A stretch of 64,000 bases of DNA from Selaginella moellendorffii (taxonomy: Eukaryota; Plantae; Lycopodiophyta). The position numbers and the translations under genes were made by a program. Location of the stretch: the NCBI RefSeq assembly GCF_000143415.4, contig NW_003314277.1, positions 803,878 through 867,877 of the forward strand, given 5' to 3'. Of the stretch, positions 63,854-64,000 are shown piece by piece. The notes beneath the pieces are model-generated. The model saw nothing but the letters and a program-made list of their open reading frames with translations. It was not told the DNA's origin and did not search any database. Positions within the stretch are counted from its first letter, which is position 1; every line of letters begins with the position of its first letter.

Positions 63854-64000
63854 CTTTGATGATGAGTTTCACTGTGTGGTGGAGTCTCCATGCGACTTAC
63901 AAAAATAATGAGACACGAATTTTACTCGAAGAGGGCGGGCGTTTTGCAGCTATGTTTGATTCTTTGGCACCAACAAAATCATCACTTGAATCTTTGCGAC

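Overview
Eukaryotic plant nuclear DNA with very short introns (about 45-140 nt) and a compact gene layout. The gene content and style suggest a lycophyte such as Selaginella, which is an inference. Ordinary genes: a CYP72-clan P450, an IQD calmodulin-binding gene, a four-copy tandem array of secreted L-gulonolactone-oxidase-like (GULLO) genes (2 intact, 2 dead), a sucrose transporter, a conserved coiled-coil protein, an nsLTP-like gene and tRNA-Arg(CCT). There are two transposon nests. The first (about 12.1-21.7 kb) holds a Ty3/Gypsy element with short LTRs and a tRNA-Ala PBS, TRIMs, a 5S-bearing Cassandra-like element and an LTR carrying a microsatellite. The second (about 37.5-62 kb) holds gag remnants, a Sola-like transposase relic and a non-coding LARD-like LTR element forming a 2.6-kb-arm inverted repeat. 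The most striking observation is two divergent genes encoding a PD-(D/E)xK restriction-endonuclease fold fused to an atypical kinase (5536-7223 and about 47181-49241). This is the Crinkler/RHS-type 'CR' effector architecture. One copy has a small N-terminal header domain in its own exon, and the other lies intact inside a decayed transposon island.
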